Shown here: one piece after another, positions 1 to 11,872 of the stretch
Position numbering within the stretch: position 1 is the first letter of the stretch
Layout of the letters: every line of letters begins with the position of its first letter
Assembly: GCF_001194135.2 (NCBI RefSeq)
Contig: NC_068992.1
Location: forward strand, 42,532,398 to 42,570,732
Origin: Octopus bimaculoides
Taxonomy: Eukaryota
DNA length: 38,335 nt
Direction of reading: 5' to 3'
Notes under the pieces: model-generated
Database searches by the model: none
Told to the model about the DNA's origin: nothing
What the model saw: only the letters and a program-made list of their open reading frames with translations
Program-made: the position numbers and the translations under genes

Positions 1-880
1 GAGAGTGACCAGGTCCCTTTTCACACCTTTCTTGATCTTCTAAATGTCCGCAGATTCCCTGATCTTGGGGTTCTCTTCAGTTGGAGAACAATCAAAATTC
101 TCTGAGAGAAAAGCTTGGACTGTAAGGAAACCGAAGGATAGTTTTGATGACCATCTCTGCCAGGAAGTTGGTTACAAGGATGAAAATGTAGACGGGGTGC
201 ATTGCTCTTTTGCAGATATCACCAGCCAGAATGGAACAGCTTTGGCCTTTTGCGATGAAATTTCTTCCTGAAACACTTCAAAACCTCTTGGGTCTGGTGG
301 AGCAAAGCTGCTTCCATTGGACACTCTGTCTCTTGGTATCTGGATCATAACAGTAGATCTAACTTTCTTCACAAGTCCTCACAGACACATGTACTCTTTG
401 ATTTGAGGTTATCGGGTTAACTTTTCCCTGCTGTTACCAACACAATTTTCTTTCCGTTCGTCACCATGCACCCTGGAAACAAATTTTGCACGTGTTCAGA
501 TCTCCATGAATTATTCTGTGTAAGGTTCCGACTCCAACTCCAAACTCCATGCATATTCATCTAAAAAATTGCGAATTCTTTTCAGCCAGGCCAGATATCC
601 TGAGCTCCCTCAGAACTCTTATCGTCTCTCATCTCCTCTCTACTGTGCTTGAACCTCTTTTGTCAGTAAAAAGCAGAAGCTCCAAAATTACAAGTTAATG
701 CATAAATAATCTGAAGTATGGCACGATGTTCTGTAGAGTTTTTGCCCAGTTTAACACAAAGCTTCATTGCATAGCTTGCTTCTAAATTGTTTTCACGCTC
801 CGAGTGTTCAAAGCGCTGCGGCAGCCGACTCCTTCAATCTGGAATGAATAAAATATGTTGTAACGTCAGCTTATTAAATG
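1..880 (-). mobile_element. Degenerate mariner (DD34D-type) transposon remnant running off the window start
   Basis: Minus-strand translation across frameshifts and stops gives LHRIIHGDLNTCKICFQ (~470-525, decayed pre-WVP region), IYCYDPDTKRQSVQWKQLCSTRPKRF (~285-358) and FPYSPSFS (~105-135, decayed YSPDLAP). The 5' boundary is approximate, at a TA near 880. Confidence 0.85.
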
Positions 881-893
881 TATACTAATAACA

Positions 894-1246
894 CACAGAC
901 ACACACACACATAAATACATACACTCACATGTATATGTATTATTTTATATATATATATATATATATNNNNNNNNNNNNNNNNNNNNNNNNNNNNNNNNNN
1001 NNNNNNNNNNNNNNNNNNNNNNNNNNNNNNNNNNNNNNNNNNNNNNNNNNNNNNNNNNNNNNNNNNNNNNNNNNNNNNNNNNNNNNNNNNNNNNNNNNNN
1101 NNNNNNNNNNNNNNNNNNNNNNNNNNNNNNNNNNNNNNNNNNNNNNNNNNNNNNNNNNNNNNNNNNNNNNNNNNNNNNNNNNNNNNNNNNNNNNNNNNNN
1201 NNNNNNNNNNNNNNNNNNNNNNNNNNNNNNNNNNNNNNNNNNNNNN

Positions 1247-1307
<61 letters not shown>

Positions 1308-1320
1308 CTTGTGCGTGCTT
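894..1320. repeat. (CA)n/(TA)n/(TG)n microsatellites around assembly gap 967-1246
   Basis: Dinucleotide runs are directly visible on both sides of the N-run. Confidence 0.95.
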
Positions 1321-2229
1321 GTGTGTGGATAGTTGCATAGACATGTAAAATACTTTCTAAATCTTCGTAATGTATTCCTTTGTATAATTTCTCTGGCAAT
1401 ATGATACACCGTACGTGCTGACAATATGCCTAATATGTTTATGTGTAGCGTGTATATGTAATTTTCTCTCTTTTTCCTGCCTGAATGAACTTCTGTAGTT
1501 TCATGTTTAGGGCAGACTTAATGCTATTCCATTCGTGTTAATATTAATTCTATATCATTAAGCGTAATCATTTTGGTTGTCTAGTTGAAGTATTTAACGT
1601 GGGATTTTAATTGGTTTCACTTGTGAAATACAGTATCACATTTGAAAGTTAACATTAATTAATGAAGACGTAGTCTTCTCATCGCTGGGACTGCATTACA
1701 TGTTCATTTAGAAGGCAACACATGCATTAACTGCTATCGTTTTTGGGGTTAAGCAAGCATCTTGCTGAAGGGTACTTAAAGTTTATAAATATATGCTATC
1801 ATCATTTGATTTGATAATTTTTATTAATGTTTCTGCCATATCACTTACTATAAGAGATATGCTGTTAGCAAGCAGCGATAGCAAGGTCGTGCTGTATCAA
1901 CGTCTTGTTTAAGCGCTTTCAAAGAAACGGCACCAGAACATTCATATTATAATTGCTCTCTTTCAGTCTCTAATTCCCCCAAACACTGTCTGTAATTAAT
2001 ATTTCTTTTAAGGGTATCTCTTCTCGATTTGATATCCATCTCAATCCCATCATGTACAAAACGCAGGTGTTTTGTGATATGTACTCACAAAACAATTCCA
2101 ATATAACTGCCTGCAAATCAGTCAAACGTTTATGAGACACATATATCAACTCAGAGAGTCAGACAATAATTAAGACTGTGAGCTGATACATCTCTAATAA
2201 ATGTTGTTTCATAAACAATTGAGCGTAAA

Positions 2230-3055
2230 CCGAGTTCAGTATCAAGAAATATTGATGCCTGACTCTCAGTGTTTTGGGGAATAAGAAACAGAACTGGATC
2301 AGTTATAGTTTAAATGTAACAAACAAAACACGGCAGCATTACACTGAATGTAGAAAGACTTGACTAAGTCGATATTTTTATGTACTTAGGATCCAGTTTG
2401 ACTAAGAACGGCAGATCTCATAAAGTAATAAGACTCAGATTAGCTTTTGATGAACGCTATATGGAAAAGCAATTCCATTAGTTTTCCAACAAGACTTGGG
2501 AAACTTAGAATGCACAAGACCCTGGGATTTCCATCCTTCTGTATGGAGTGTGAGAGCTGAACTCTTACAGCTGACATGGAGCGAAGTATCCAGGCATTTG
2601 AGCACAACTGCTTCAGAAGGCTGCTATACATCCCGTTCACAGAGCACAAAATGAAAAGATTTGGCAGGCATCATGTCAATGAATACACTGTAGAAAGACA
2701 GAAGCTTTCCTGATATGGCCATGTATCCCGTCACAACTCCTTGTCCAAAATCGTTCTTCAGAGCATAGTAGAGGCAGGGCAAAAGAGAGGCAGGGCAAAA
2801 GAGAGGCAGGGCAAAAGAGAGGCAGGGCAAAAGAGAGGCAGTCACAGAAATTCCTGGTTTGGTAACATGAAGCACTGGACGGGATACCACATAGCGAACC
2901 TGCAACGTATGACACCGAACTGAGCAGGGGCAACTGCTGACTACGAAAGCATCTAATATGGTACCACAACAGCTGGCAACATCAGTTAAGGGATCTGGAT
3001 GATGATGAATATGATGATGACAATGATGATGAATATGATGATGGTGATGATGATA

Positions 3056-3087
<32 letters not shown>
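2230..3087 (+). mobile_element. 5'-truncated, dead RTE-clade-like LINE 3' end with (GAT)n tail
   Basis: Translates with stops and shifts to VDIFMYLGSSLTKNG, ISILLYG-CES*TLTADMERSIQAFEHNCFRRLL, YGHVSRHNSLSKIVLQSIVE and SWFGNMKHWTG. These match the typical post-RT C-terminal motifs of RTE-like ORFs. (GAT)n tail at ~2998-3087. Weaker RT-like similarity may extend to ~2010. Confidence 0.85.
2771..2840 (+). repeat. 16-bp minisatellite GAGGCAGGGCAAAAGA x4.4 inside the LINE
   Basis: Perfect copies start at 2771, 2787, 2803 and 2819, with a partial copy at 2835. Confidence 0.95.
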
Positions 3088-3499
3088 CAACTCACAACGG
3101 ATATATCCTTAATCGTTATTGAATCTAACCCTGCATATGAAAAACCTTTTTCTCAAACCAAGTTAGCTCGTTTACAATCCCCCCCTCCACCACCACCACC
3201 GTACACAAAGACACAGAAAGAAATTTAAATCGTGCTCCATCACAAACTCACAAGCAGATCGGAAAGAAATTAGTAGCACTCCCTGCCAACAACAATGACC
3301 AGAAATACAAACACCACAAAAAACAGAACAACTAAGAAACCATTGACAAAGTTATAAAGATAGTCCCAATGGATAAACGTGCGATAAAAGGAATATACAA
3401 CGACAAGCACTAGAATGAATACACACATGCACGCACACGCATACACACAAACCAATGGATATCAATCTATACAGCAACTGTTGTCGAGGTGTACCAGTT

Positions 3500-4790
3500 C
3501 TCGCCTGATGAGTGTGGGGCCTCGGAGATTGTATTTCCCACGTGTGAGTTAATTGGTTGATTTCTTATTCAAGAAATCCAAGTTTACCAAAGGTTATCCA
3601 AACCATCAACTACGTATTTATTCACAAAACCAATTATAAAAATAGAAGCTGGAGATTTCGAAGCAGTTGTCGTCCATTGTTATTCTCTTCGATTTTCACA
3701 TCAGCAGGACAACTGAATCTATGACTGTACGTACATCCCTTTCACTGACCCAGACCACAATATTTAGCCTGTTGGCTTACACTTGACAGATTGAAGGGAA
3801 TCTTCCATCAGCATTACTTGTGTTGAAGTTAGTGTAGATATTTAATAACAGAGGCATTCTCTATCTTTAATCCTGGACAGTCTATTCTTCGGATGGCATT
3901 GTATATTCTTGCATGCTAATCACGTGTCTGCATGCTAATCACGTGTCAGACATCTTCCTCAAAAATATGACAACCCTACTTTTACAGTTGAATCTTGGAG
4001 TTGTAATGGCTTCAATTTCTCTTTTTTTTTTTTTTTGCAATCTCCTATAATTGGTTTGCAAATGCATAGCCTTCGCAATGTGATGTGATATAGTGCTCAC
4101 GAGTTCAAGAGGGGCTGCGCTTCATGGCGATATTACAGTCTTATTCTAGTCTTCAGGAAACACACCCATGCATAGTCTTTGTGTGTGTGCGTATGTGTTT
4201 GGTAAGCAGAACGTTTCACACCCAGGCCTTCTTTGAGGAATGTTAGTTCGGCTGTTTTGGGCTTGCGAAGAAAGTCATCAGGAAGGGAGTTCTTTCTGAG
4301 GAGATTGCTGCCGACACGTAAGACATTATTGTCTTCACTTTTCAGCATTAAATTAATGCATTTATTTTTGCGTTTGTTGTTTAGCTTAGTGCGACATTCG
4401 AAACCTGTCTGCGCTGATCTCGTTATCTCTTCTTAGATAGAGCCTGACCATACCTCTATTCCTACAGAGAATTCCAGTAATGACAATTTCTTACGGGTTT
4501 TAACATCAACAGAGTAGATTTCTTATACAGACCTGTTAAATATGTTGGAATCGGTACCGGCATAGCAAATACATTGCAGGATATGTTCTTGCTGTAAAGA
4601 GACATTTCAGATTGCCATAGTTTTCTAAGACTGGCATAACATTCTCGGGTCACTCTATCTTTATTCACTGTACCTTTGCATGGTACATTTTCATCAATGC
4701 CTAAGTACTTGCAGCATTCTTTGTGTGAGACAGCAGAGATAGTGAGACCATTGATGTAACGGTTTGGGGTTTGGGGAACTGATATACATA
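3500..4790 (-). mobile_element. Old R4/Dong-like (REL endonuclease) non-LTR retrotransposon, 3' portion
   Basis: Minus-strand remnants are CKYLGIDEN...NKDRVTRECYASLRKLWQSEMSLYSK (ORF 4462-4818), VDVKTRK, RLYLRR, EGYAFANQL*EI, EEDV*HVISM (CCHC knuckle remnant) and SCPADVKIEENNNG-LLRNLQLL (REL region). A 19-bp tandem duplication sits at 3910-3947. Confidence 0.8.
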
Positions 4791-5416
4791 TATACAAAAC
4801 GGACACACATACCTGCATATATTGAATCAGCCATGGAAAAATGAATTAAAATTTAATAAGAAAATGTCTGTATACAAATCTATCATCCAACACCCTCTCA
4901 ACTTTCAAGATGGAATTATATATGTAAATAAAGATATATTTCAGTGAAAATTATATAACGACAATAATTTATTTTCCAAATGTTTTATTTACCGAGAAAT
5001 TATCTACAGTCGTATAAATATATTGGTAAAGTAAGCTTTTAAAATGTCATAGTTATCTAAAAATGAATAGATGGGAATTATAGACATAGGGTACTTAAGA
5101 ATGAAAGCTTTCGAAAAAGTTGTAGAAAAATGAAATATTTGCCAAAATAAGTTGAAAAACTTTTATTATCGATCTTTTATCGCGTAGAATTTAAAATCAT
5201 TCACAAATATCCATTTATCAATTCAATTTAGAAAGAAGTGGCAATATTTGCTTTCTCACTTTCTCTTATTGTTAGTTTCGGCAAAAGAATTTCACAATAT
5301 CAAGTGAAGTGTGTGAGTGCCTGCAATATTCCCAGGTGGATACACAGAATCTGAAAACAAGCATACGCACACAAATTGATTTATGCACCCAAACACATTC
5401 ACAAACAATCATATGG

Positions 5417-5460
<44 letters not shown>

Positions 5461-6345
5461 ACACACACACAAACACACGATACACACACAATACACGCAC
5501 AGACATATTTTTACACATATGTATATAAAGTTAAATGTTCTTATGCACTTTCAGTCTCATGTCGAAATCAATGATACAACTACGAACGTATATAAGTATA
5601 TAAATTTATCTAAAATACTAGCATATATACAGATATATGTAGATGCATATATTCAAGCAATTCCTACTTATGTGTATATAATATATATNNNNNNNNNNNN
5701 NNNNNNNNNNNNNNNNNNNNNNNNNNNNNNNNNNNNNNNNNNNNNNNNNNNNNNNNNNNNNNNNNNNNNNNNNNNNNNNNNNNNNNNNNNNNNNNNNNNN
5801 NNNNNNNNNNNNNNNNNNNNNNNNNNNNNNNNNNNNNNNNNNNNNNNNNNNNNNNNNNNNNNNNNNNNNNNNNNNNNNNNNNNNNNNNNNNNNNNNNNNN
5901 NNNNNNNNNNNNNNNNNNNNNNNNNNNNNNNNNNNNNNNNNNNNNNNNNNNNNNNNNNNNNNNNNNNNNNNNNNNNNNNNNNNNNNNNNNNNNNNNNNNN
6001 NNNNNNNNNNNNNNNNNNNNNNNNNNNNNNNNNNNNNNNNNNNNNNNNNNNNNNNNNNNNNNNNNNNNNNNNNNNNNNNNNNNNNNNNNNNNNNNNNNNN
6101 NNNNNNNNNNNNNNNNNNNNNNNNNNNNNNNNNNNNNNNNNNNNNNNNNNNNNNNNNNNNNNNNNNNNNNNNNNNNNNNNNNNNNNNNNNNNNNNNNNNN
6201 NNNNNNNNNNNNNNNNNNNNNNNNNNNNNNNNNNNNNNNNNNNNNNNNNNNNNNNNNNNNNNNNNNNNNNNNNNNNNNNNNNNNNNNNNNNNNNNNNNNN
6301 NNNNNNNNNNNNNNNNNNNNNNNNNNNNNNNNNNNNNNNNNNNNN

Positions 6346-6382
<37 letters not shown>

Positions 6383-6744
6383 CTTTTTTTTTATTCCTCC
6401 TTTACTCTTGTACTTTCGTATATTTTCCCACGAAACACTTTAACTGTACAGAATATGAATAGGATTTAAGACTGCGCTTTATCTGCAAGGTTCTTCGTAT
6501 CTCATAGCGATAGATAATCTATTTCACATATAATATATACAAGAAGTAGTGAATATATTGAAATTAAAATATATGTCATGCGTTAAAGAGATATGCATTA
6601 TTAGATGTACTTTAGGTTCATAAGCCTCGTGTCTTCTTCGTGTTAATATGTAAATATGTCGGGCATTTCGCATTTAATGTAGTAATATCAATGAAAATTG
6701 GAAAGAATGGTTGCGGAGGTACGTATAAATAAATAAACACAGAC

Positions 6745-7124
6745 CATGGCACTCCGTCGGTTGCGACAACGAGGGCTTCAGTCGATCCAATCAACGGAAC
6801 AGTCTGCTCGTGAAATTAACGTGCAAGTGGCTGAGCACTCCACAGAAACGTGAACCCTTAATGTAGTTCACGGGGAGATTCAGTGTGACACAGAGTGTGA
6901 AAAGGCTGGTCCTTTGAAATGCAGGTACAAGAGAAACAGAAAGAAAGAGTGAGAGTATGATGTGGTGAAATAGTACAGCAGGGTTCGCCAACACCCTCTG
7001 CCGGGTCTCGGGGCGCTTTAGGTGTTTTCACTCAATAAACACTCACAACACCCGGTCTGAGAATCGAAACCGCGATCCTTCAACCGCGAGTTCGCTGACC
7101 TAACCACTGTGCCATTGCGCCTCC
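6745..7124 (-). mobile_element. tRNA-derived SINE, family A
   Basis: The reverse complement starts GGAGGCGCAATGGCACAGTGGTTAG (A box) with GGTTTCGATTCTC (B-box-like). It is homologous over its full length to 8052-8430. Confidence 0.85.
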
Positions 7125-7151
7125 ACACACAGATATACATATGCACATACC

Positions 7152-7409
7152 TAGGCGCAGGTGTGGGTATGTGGTAAGATGTTCGCTTCCCGACTACATG
7201 GTTCTGGGTTCGGTCCCACTGCGTGGCACGTTGGGAAAGTCTTCTACTACAGCCTCAGGCCGACCAAATCCTTGTGAGTGGATTTGGTAGATGGAAACTG
7301 AAAGAAGCCCGTCGTATTTTTATATATATATATATGTTTTTGTGTCTGTGTTTCTCCCCCCACCAACTCCTGACAACCGACGATGATGTGTTTACGTCCC
7401 CGTAACTTA
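7152..7409 (+). mobile_element. tRNA-derived SINE, family B (cut by gap 7410-7629)
   Basis: Head GGCGCAGGTGTGGGTATGTGGTAAG...GGGTTCGGTCCC and body GGCCGACCAAATCCTTGTGAGTGGATTTGGTAGA are shared with the 10678, 11205 and 11700 copies. Confidence 0.8.
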
Positions 7410-7739
7410 NNNNNNNNNNNNNNNNNNNNNNNNNNNNNNNNNNNNNNNNNNNNNNNNNNNNNNNNNNNNNNNNNNNNNNNNNNNNNNNNNNNNNNNNNNN
7501 NNNNNNNNNNNNNNNNNNNNNNNNNNNNNNNNNNNNNNNNNNNNNNNNNNNNNNNNNNNNNNNNNNNNNNNNNNNNNNNNNNNNNNNNNNNNNNNNNNNN
7601 NNNNNNNNNNNNNNNNNNNNNNNNNNNNNATATATATATATATATATACTTGCATTCATATGTGTCTACACGCTCTCACACGCATTTGCATTTGATAAAT
7701 TGTCGTGTGTATGTAAATGATAGTTAGTATATATTTTGT

Positions 7740-7950
7740 TATTACCCACAGGTGGCTAAACACATAGGGGACAAACTAAGGGATTAAGTCGATTACATCG
7801 ACGCCAGTGCGTAAATGGTTCTTATTTAATCGAATCCGAAAGGATGAAAGGCAAAGTCGACCTCGGTGGAATTTGAACTGAGAACGTAACGGCAAACGAA
7901 ATACTGTTAAGCATTTCGCCCGGCGTGCTAACGATTCTGCCAGATCGCCC
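7740..7950 (-). mobile_element. tRNA-derived SINE, family C
   Basis: Contains GAAAGGATGAAAGGCAAAGTCGACCTCGGTGGAATTTGAACT (reverse-complement B box GAGTTCAAATTCC). It is homologous to 12805-13030. Confidence 0.8.
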
Positions 7951-8051
7951 CCTTAAATGGTAGATGGTATAGGCACATGTATGTATAGCTGAGTGGTAAG
8001 ATGCGTATAGAGACGTACAGTTGCATATATTGGTAGAAACATATATACAGT

Positions 8052-8430
8052 GGAGGCGAAATGGCACAGTGGTTAGGGTAGCGATTTCTCGGTTGTAGGA
8101 TCACGGTTTTGATTCTCATACCGGGCATTGTGAGTGTTCTTTGAGCGAAAACATCTAAAGCTCCCCGAGGCTCCGGCAGGGGGTGGTAGCCAACCTTGCT
8201 GTACTCTTTCATCACAACTTTCTCTCATTCTTTCTTTTAGTTTCTGTTACACCTGTATTTCAAAGGACCAGCCTTGTAACACTCTGTGTCACGCTGAATC
8301 TCCCTAAGAACTACGTTAAGGGTAGACGTGTCTGTGGAGTGCTCAGCCATTTGCACGTTAATTTCACGAGCGTGCTGTTCCATTAATTGGATCGACCGAA
8401 ACCCTCGTTGTCGCAACCGACCGAGTGCAC
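8052..8430 (+). mobile_element. tRNA-derived SINE, family A
   Basis: GGAGGCGAAATGGCACAGTGGTTAGGG head. It aligns in inverted orientation with 6745-7124. Confidence 0.85.
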
Positions 8431-9094
8431 GATCTGTGTGTATTTATTTATACGTACGTACACAACCATTCTTTCCAATTTTCATTGATATTACCACATT
8501 AAATGCGAAATGGCCGATATATTTACATATTAACACGAAGAAGACACGAGGCTTATGAACCTAAAGTACATCTAATAATGCATATCTATTTAACGCATGG
8601 CATATATTTTAATTTCAATATATTCGCTACTTCTTGTTTATATTATATGTGAAATAGATATCTATCATTATGAGATACGGAGAACCCACGTCGTCGTAAC
8701 CGACGGAGTGCCACGATATATACACGCAAACACAAACACATACATATGCACAAAACACATATACAATACATGTAAGTTGACGAAGAAGAGATATAGTACC
8801 GCTTTGTTATCTGTTAGAATTGCATGGGTAGCCATCCATTTCTCACGCTGTTGCATGAAAATGATTCTTTGCGAAAAGCTACGCATATGTTTGTGGTTGA
8901 TTGTTTTGTAGTGGTACTGTGGATATGAGTTTTATATTGTTTGTATAGGGTGGTCACATGTGAATTTGCATGGAATGAATGTAAAGTGATGAAGGGAAAG
9001 AGATGACAAAAGGAGAAGGAAGAGAAGGAGGAGGAAAGGAGAAAATGAAGAAGAAGAATGAGGAGGAGGAGGAGGAGGAGGAAGGGGGTTTCAA

Positions 9095-9299
9095 ATTTTA
9101 CTGCAAGGGCGGCCTGTTTGGGGAACGGGCTAAATCGATTACATCGACCCCAGTGTTCAATTGGCACTTATTTTATCGATCCTTAAGTCTACGAAAGGCA
9201 TGGTCCTCCTCGGCTAAATTTGAGTTGAGAACATAAAGACGGAAGAAACGCTGCAAAGCATTTCGTCCGGCATGATGACGTGTCTGCCAGATCGACGCC
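9095..9299 (-). mobile_element. tRNA-derived SINE, family C (diverged)
   Basis: The AATCGATTACATCGACCCCAG and AAATTTGAGTTGAGAACATAAAGACGGAAGAAACGCTGCAAAGCATTTCGTCCGG blocks match family C. Confidence 0.7.
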
Positions 9300-9354
<55 letters not shown>

Positions 9355-9356
9355 TC

Positions 9357-9411
<55 letters not shown>

Positions 9412-9447
9412 TCATATTAATAATAATAACAATAATAATAATAATAA
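9300..9447. repeat. (AAT)n microsatellite
   Basis: Directly visible, with two GATCAT interruptions. Confidence 0.97.
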
Positions 9448-9732
9448 GACCTGGAAATAGAGATAACTCGAATGTGGAATCTAAAAACAGAAACACTTCC
9501 TATCATTGTAGGTGCCTTAGGTATAATAAAAAAATATTCAGACAAATACATAACAAAAATAGCAGGACTTACAAATATATATAACATACAGAAAATTGCA
9601 CTACTGGGTACTGCACACATCCTACGCAAAACACTTTCAATACAGTAAACATAAGAGCACCACAGCACATACCCAAGGCGCACAGAGCTGCGCTCGGTAG
9701 TGAAGTGAAAGCACGTTATAAAAATAAAACTA

Positions 9733-9735
<3 letters not shown>
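9448..9735 (+). mobile_element. Young 5'-truncated R4/Dong-like LINE 3' end embedded in (AAT)n
   Basis: 9448-9648 is an uninterrupted frame, DLEIEITRMWNLKTETLPIIVGALGIIKKYSDKYITKIAGLTNIYNIQKIALLGTAHILRKTLSIQ*, typical of the REL C-terminus of R4-clade elements. A short 3' UTR follows, then (AAT)n resumes at 9736. Confidence 0.88.
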
Positions 9736-9763
<28 letters not shown>

Positions 9764-9945
9764 GTGAGAAGAAGATGAAGAAAAAGAAGAAGAGGAGGAG
9801 GAGGAGGAGAAGAAGAAGAAGAACAAGAAGAACAAGAAGAAGAACAACAAGAAGAAGAACAAGAAGAAGAACAAGAAGAAGAACAAGAAGAAGTAGAAGA
9901 AGAAGAAGAAGAACAACAACAACAACAACAACAACAACAGCAATC
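9736..9945. repeat. Compound (AAT)n-(GAA/GAG)n-(CAA)n microsatellite
   Basis: Directly visible. It is the source of the poly-R/T/F/L ORFs in the track. Confidence 0.95.
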
Positions 9946-10266
9946 GCAACAATGTCAAAGACAATACGACTGCTAACAATAATAATATTATCACTAAAAA
10001 GGAACGAACATTAAGGGGGAAGAATTGATACATACCTGCATGCATATATCGATACATCCATTCACAATCTGCTTGTATTGGAAAATCTAAGAGGAATTTT
10101 CGATGACAGAGTTATAACGTCTATGTTGCAAAGATAAACAATGAGGAAGGCTTTTTTTGCACATAAAATGATTTCTGTGCGATTGCGCAGCTAATAACAA
10201 GATGTGATCAGATTAGTTGCGGCCACATAGGTGTCAACAGGTGAAGTCGAACTACGATAAACTTAC

Positions 10267-10291
10267 CTTAGATGTTCAAAATACACCCAAT
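10267..10291 (-). CDS. Candidate 25-nt microexon (only open frame: WVYFEHL)
   Basis: TATTTGCTTATCCACAG | ATTGGGTGTATTTTGAACATCTAAG | GTAAGT on the minus strand. Support is splice signals only, with no homology recognised. Confidence 0.25.
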
Positions 10292-10539
10292 CTGTGGATA
10301 AGCAAATACCATAGTATTTAAGCAGGGTGGTGGGGGAACACACAGTCAGAAACACAGACACAAACATACACACGCGTATATGTGTGTGTGTGTGTGTGTG
10401 TATGTGTGTGTGTGTGTGTGTGTGCGTGTGTGTGTGCGTGAGTTTGTGCGTATATGTGTGTGTGTGTGGACCGCTGAAATCTACAAGTTTTTTTGATTGT
10501 TTATTTTTACATTCTCTGTCTGTTTATTTTCTCTTATTC

Positions 10540-10575
10540 CTTTCTGTTGAAGAGCGTAGGCTCGAAAAGTAAAAG
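10540..10575 (+). ncRNA. Degenerate minimal hammerhead-like motif with CUGUUGA core in a short Penelope-like repeat
   Basis: CUUU-CUGUUGA-A-GAGC(GUAG)GCUC-GAAA-A-GUA-AAAG. Stem II is perfect, stem I has 4 bp, and there are two core deviations. Confidence 0.35.
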
Positions 10576-10677
10576 ACATTTTCACGTTTCCCGAGCGTCA
10601 AACTAATACATTTCATGTTGTTCATACACCTGTCCTTGTCTTTTGTTTTTCTATAAATTTCAACTACACACACATAT

Positions 10678-11080
10678 GAGTGGCTGTGTGGTAAAGTAAC
10701 TTGCTTACCAACGACATGGTTCTAGGTTTAGTCCCACTACGTGGCATCTTGGGCAAGTGTTTTCTACTATAGCATCGGGCCGACCAAAGCCTTGTGAGTG
10801 GATTTGGTAGACGGAAACTGAAAGAAGCCCGTCGTATATATATGTATATATATATGTGTTTGTATTTGTCCCCCTAGCATTGCTTGACAACCGATCCTGG
10901 TGTGTTTATGTCCACCGTCAATTAGCGGTTCGGCAAAAAGACCGATAGAATAAGTACTAGACTTACAAAGAATAAAACTCGGGGTCGATTTGCTCGACTA
11001 AAGGCGGTGCTCCAGAATGACCACAGTCAAATGACTGAAACAAGTAAAAGAGTAAAAAGAGCAAACGAGTAAAAGAGAGA
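10678..11080 (+). mobile_element. tRNA-derived SINE, family B, near full length
   Basis: GAGTGGCTGTGTGGTAAAG head, conserved body and (AAAAGAGT)-type tail. It is homologous to 11205-11592. Confidence 0.85.
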
Positions 11081-11204
11081 GGGACAACATATTCTCAATA
11101 TAAGTTACTGTACATTTAAAGACAAGAGAAAACTGACTGTTGAAGGCAATTTTCTCTTGTGTTTAAATGTACACTATATATATATATATATATATATATA
11201 TCTT

Positions 11205-11592
11205 TACTCTTTACTCTTTACTCTTTTACTTGTTTCAGTCATTTCAGACAAATCGACCCCAGGACTTCTTCTTTAGAAGCCTAGTACATATTCTATCAGT
11301 GTATTTTGCCGAACCGCTAGGTCACGGGGACGTAAGCAAACCAGCATCGGTTGTCAAGCGATGTTAGGGGGACAAACAGACGCACAAATATATACACACA
11401 CACACATACATATATGTGTACATATATACGACGGGCTTCTTTCAGTTTCCGTTTACCAAATCCACTCACAAGGCTTTGGTCGGTCCAAGGCTATAGCAGA
11501 AGACACTTGCCCAAAGTACCATGCAGTGGAACTGAACCCGGAACTATGTTGTTGCTAAGTAAGCTACTTACCACACAGCCACTCCTGCGCCT
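11205..11592 (-). mobile_element. tRNA-derived SINE, family B, near full length
   Basis: The reverse complement begins AGGCGCAGGAGTGGCTGTGTGGTAAGTAG. Its (TTTACTC)n tail lies at 11203-11230. Confidence 0.85.
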
Positions 11593-11665
11593 ATTGTCTT
11601 TTTATACATGTTATGCCACCGGTAGAGAATTTTCAAAAAAAAAGTATTACCCTACNNNNNNNNNN

Positions 11666-11699
<34 letters not shown>

Positions 11700-11872
11700 T
11701 GCACATTTGCAACGGAGTTGTTTCTGTTTCCTTCAGCCAAATGCACTCGCATGGATCTGCTTCACCCGAGGTTATAGTAGAAGATGCTTGTCCGATGTGC
11801 CACGTAGTGAGACGGAACTTGAAGCCATGTGGTTGGGAAGCAAGCTTCTTACCACACAGTCACGCCTCTACC
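11700..11872 (-). mobile_element. SINE family B, diverged 5' part
   Basis: The GAAGCCATGTGGTTGGGAAGCAAGCTTCTTACCACACAGTCACGCCT block matches the family B head. Confidence 0.7.

Noticed and set aside
3500-3550. CTGATGA followed by a GTGGG/CCCAC stem
   Set aside because: No GAAA follows the stem and there is no stem I partner, so it is not a hammerhead as it stands.
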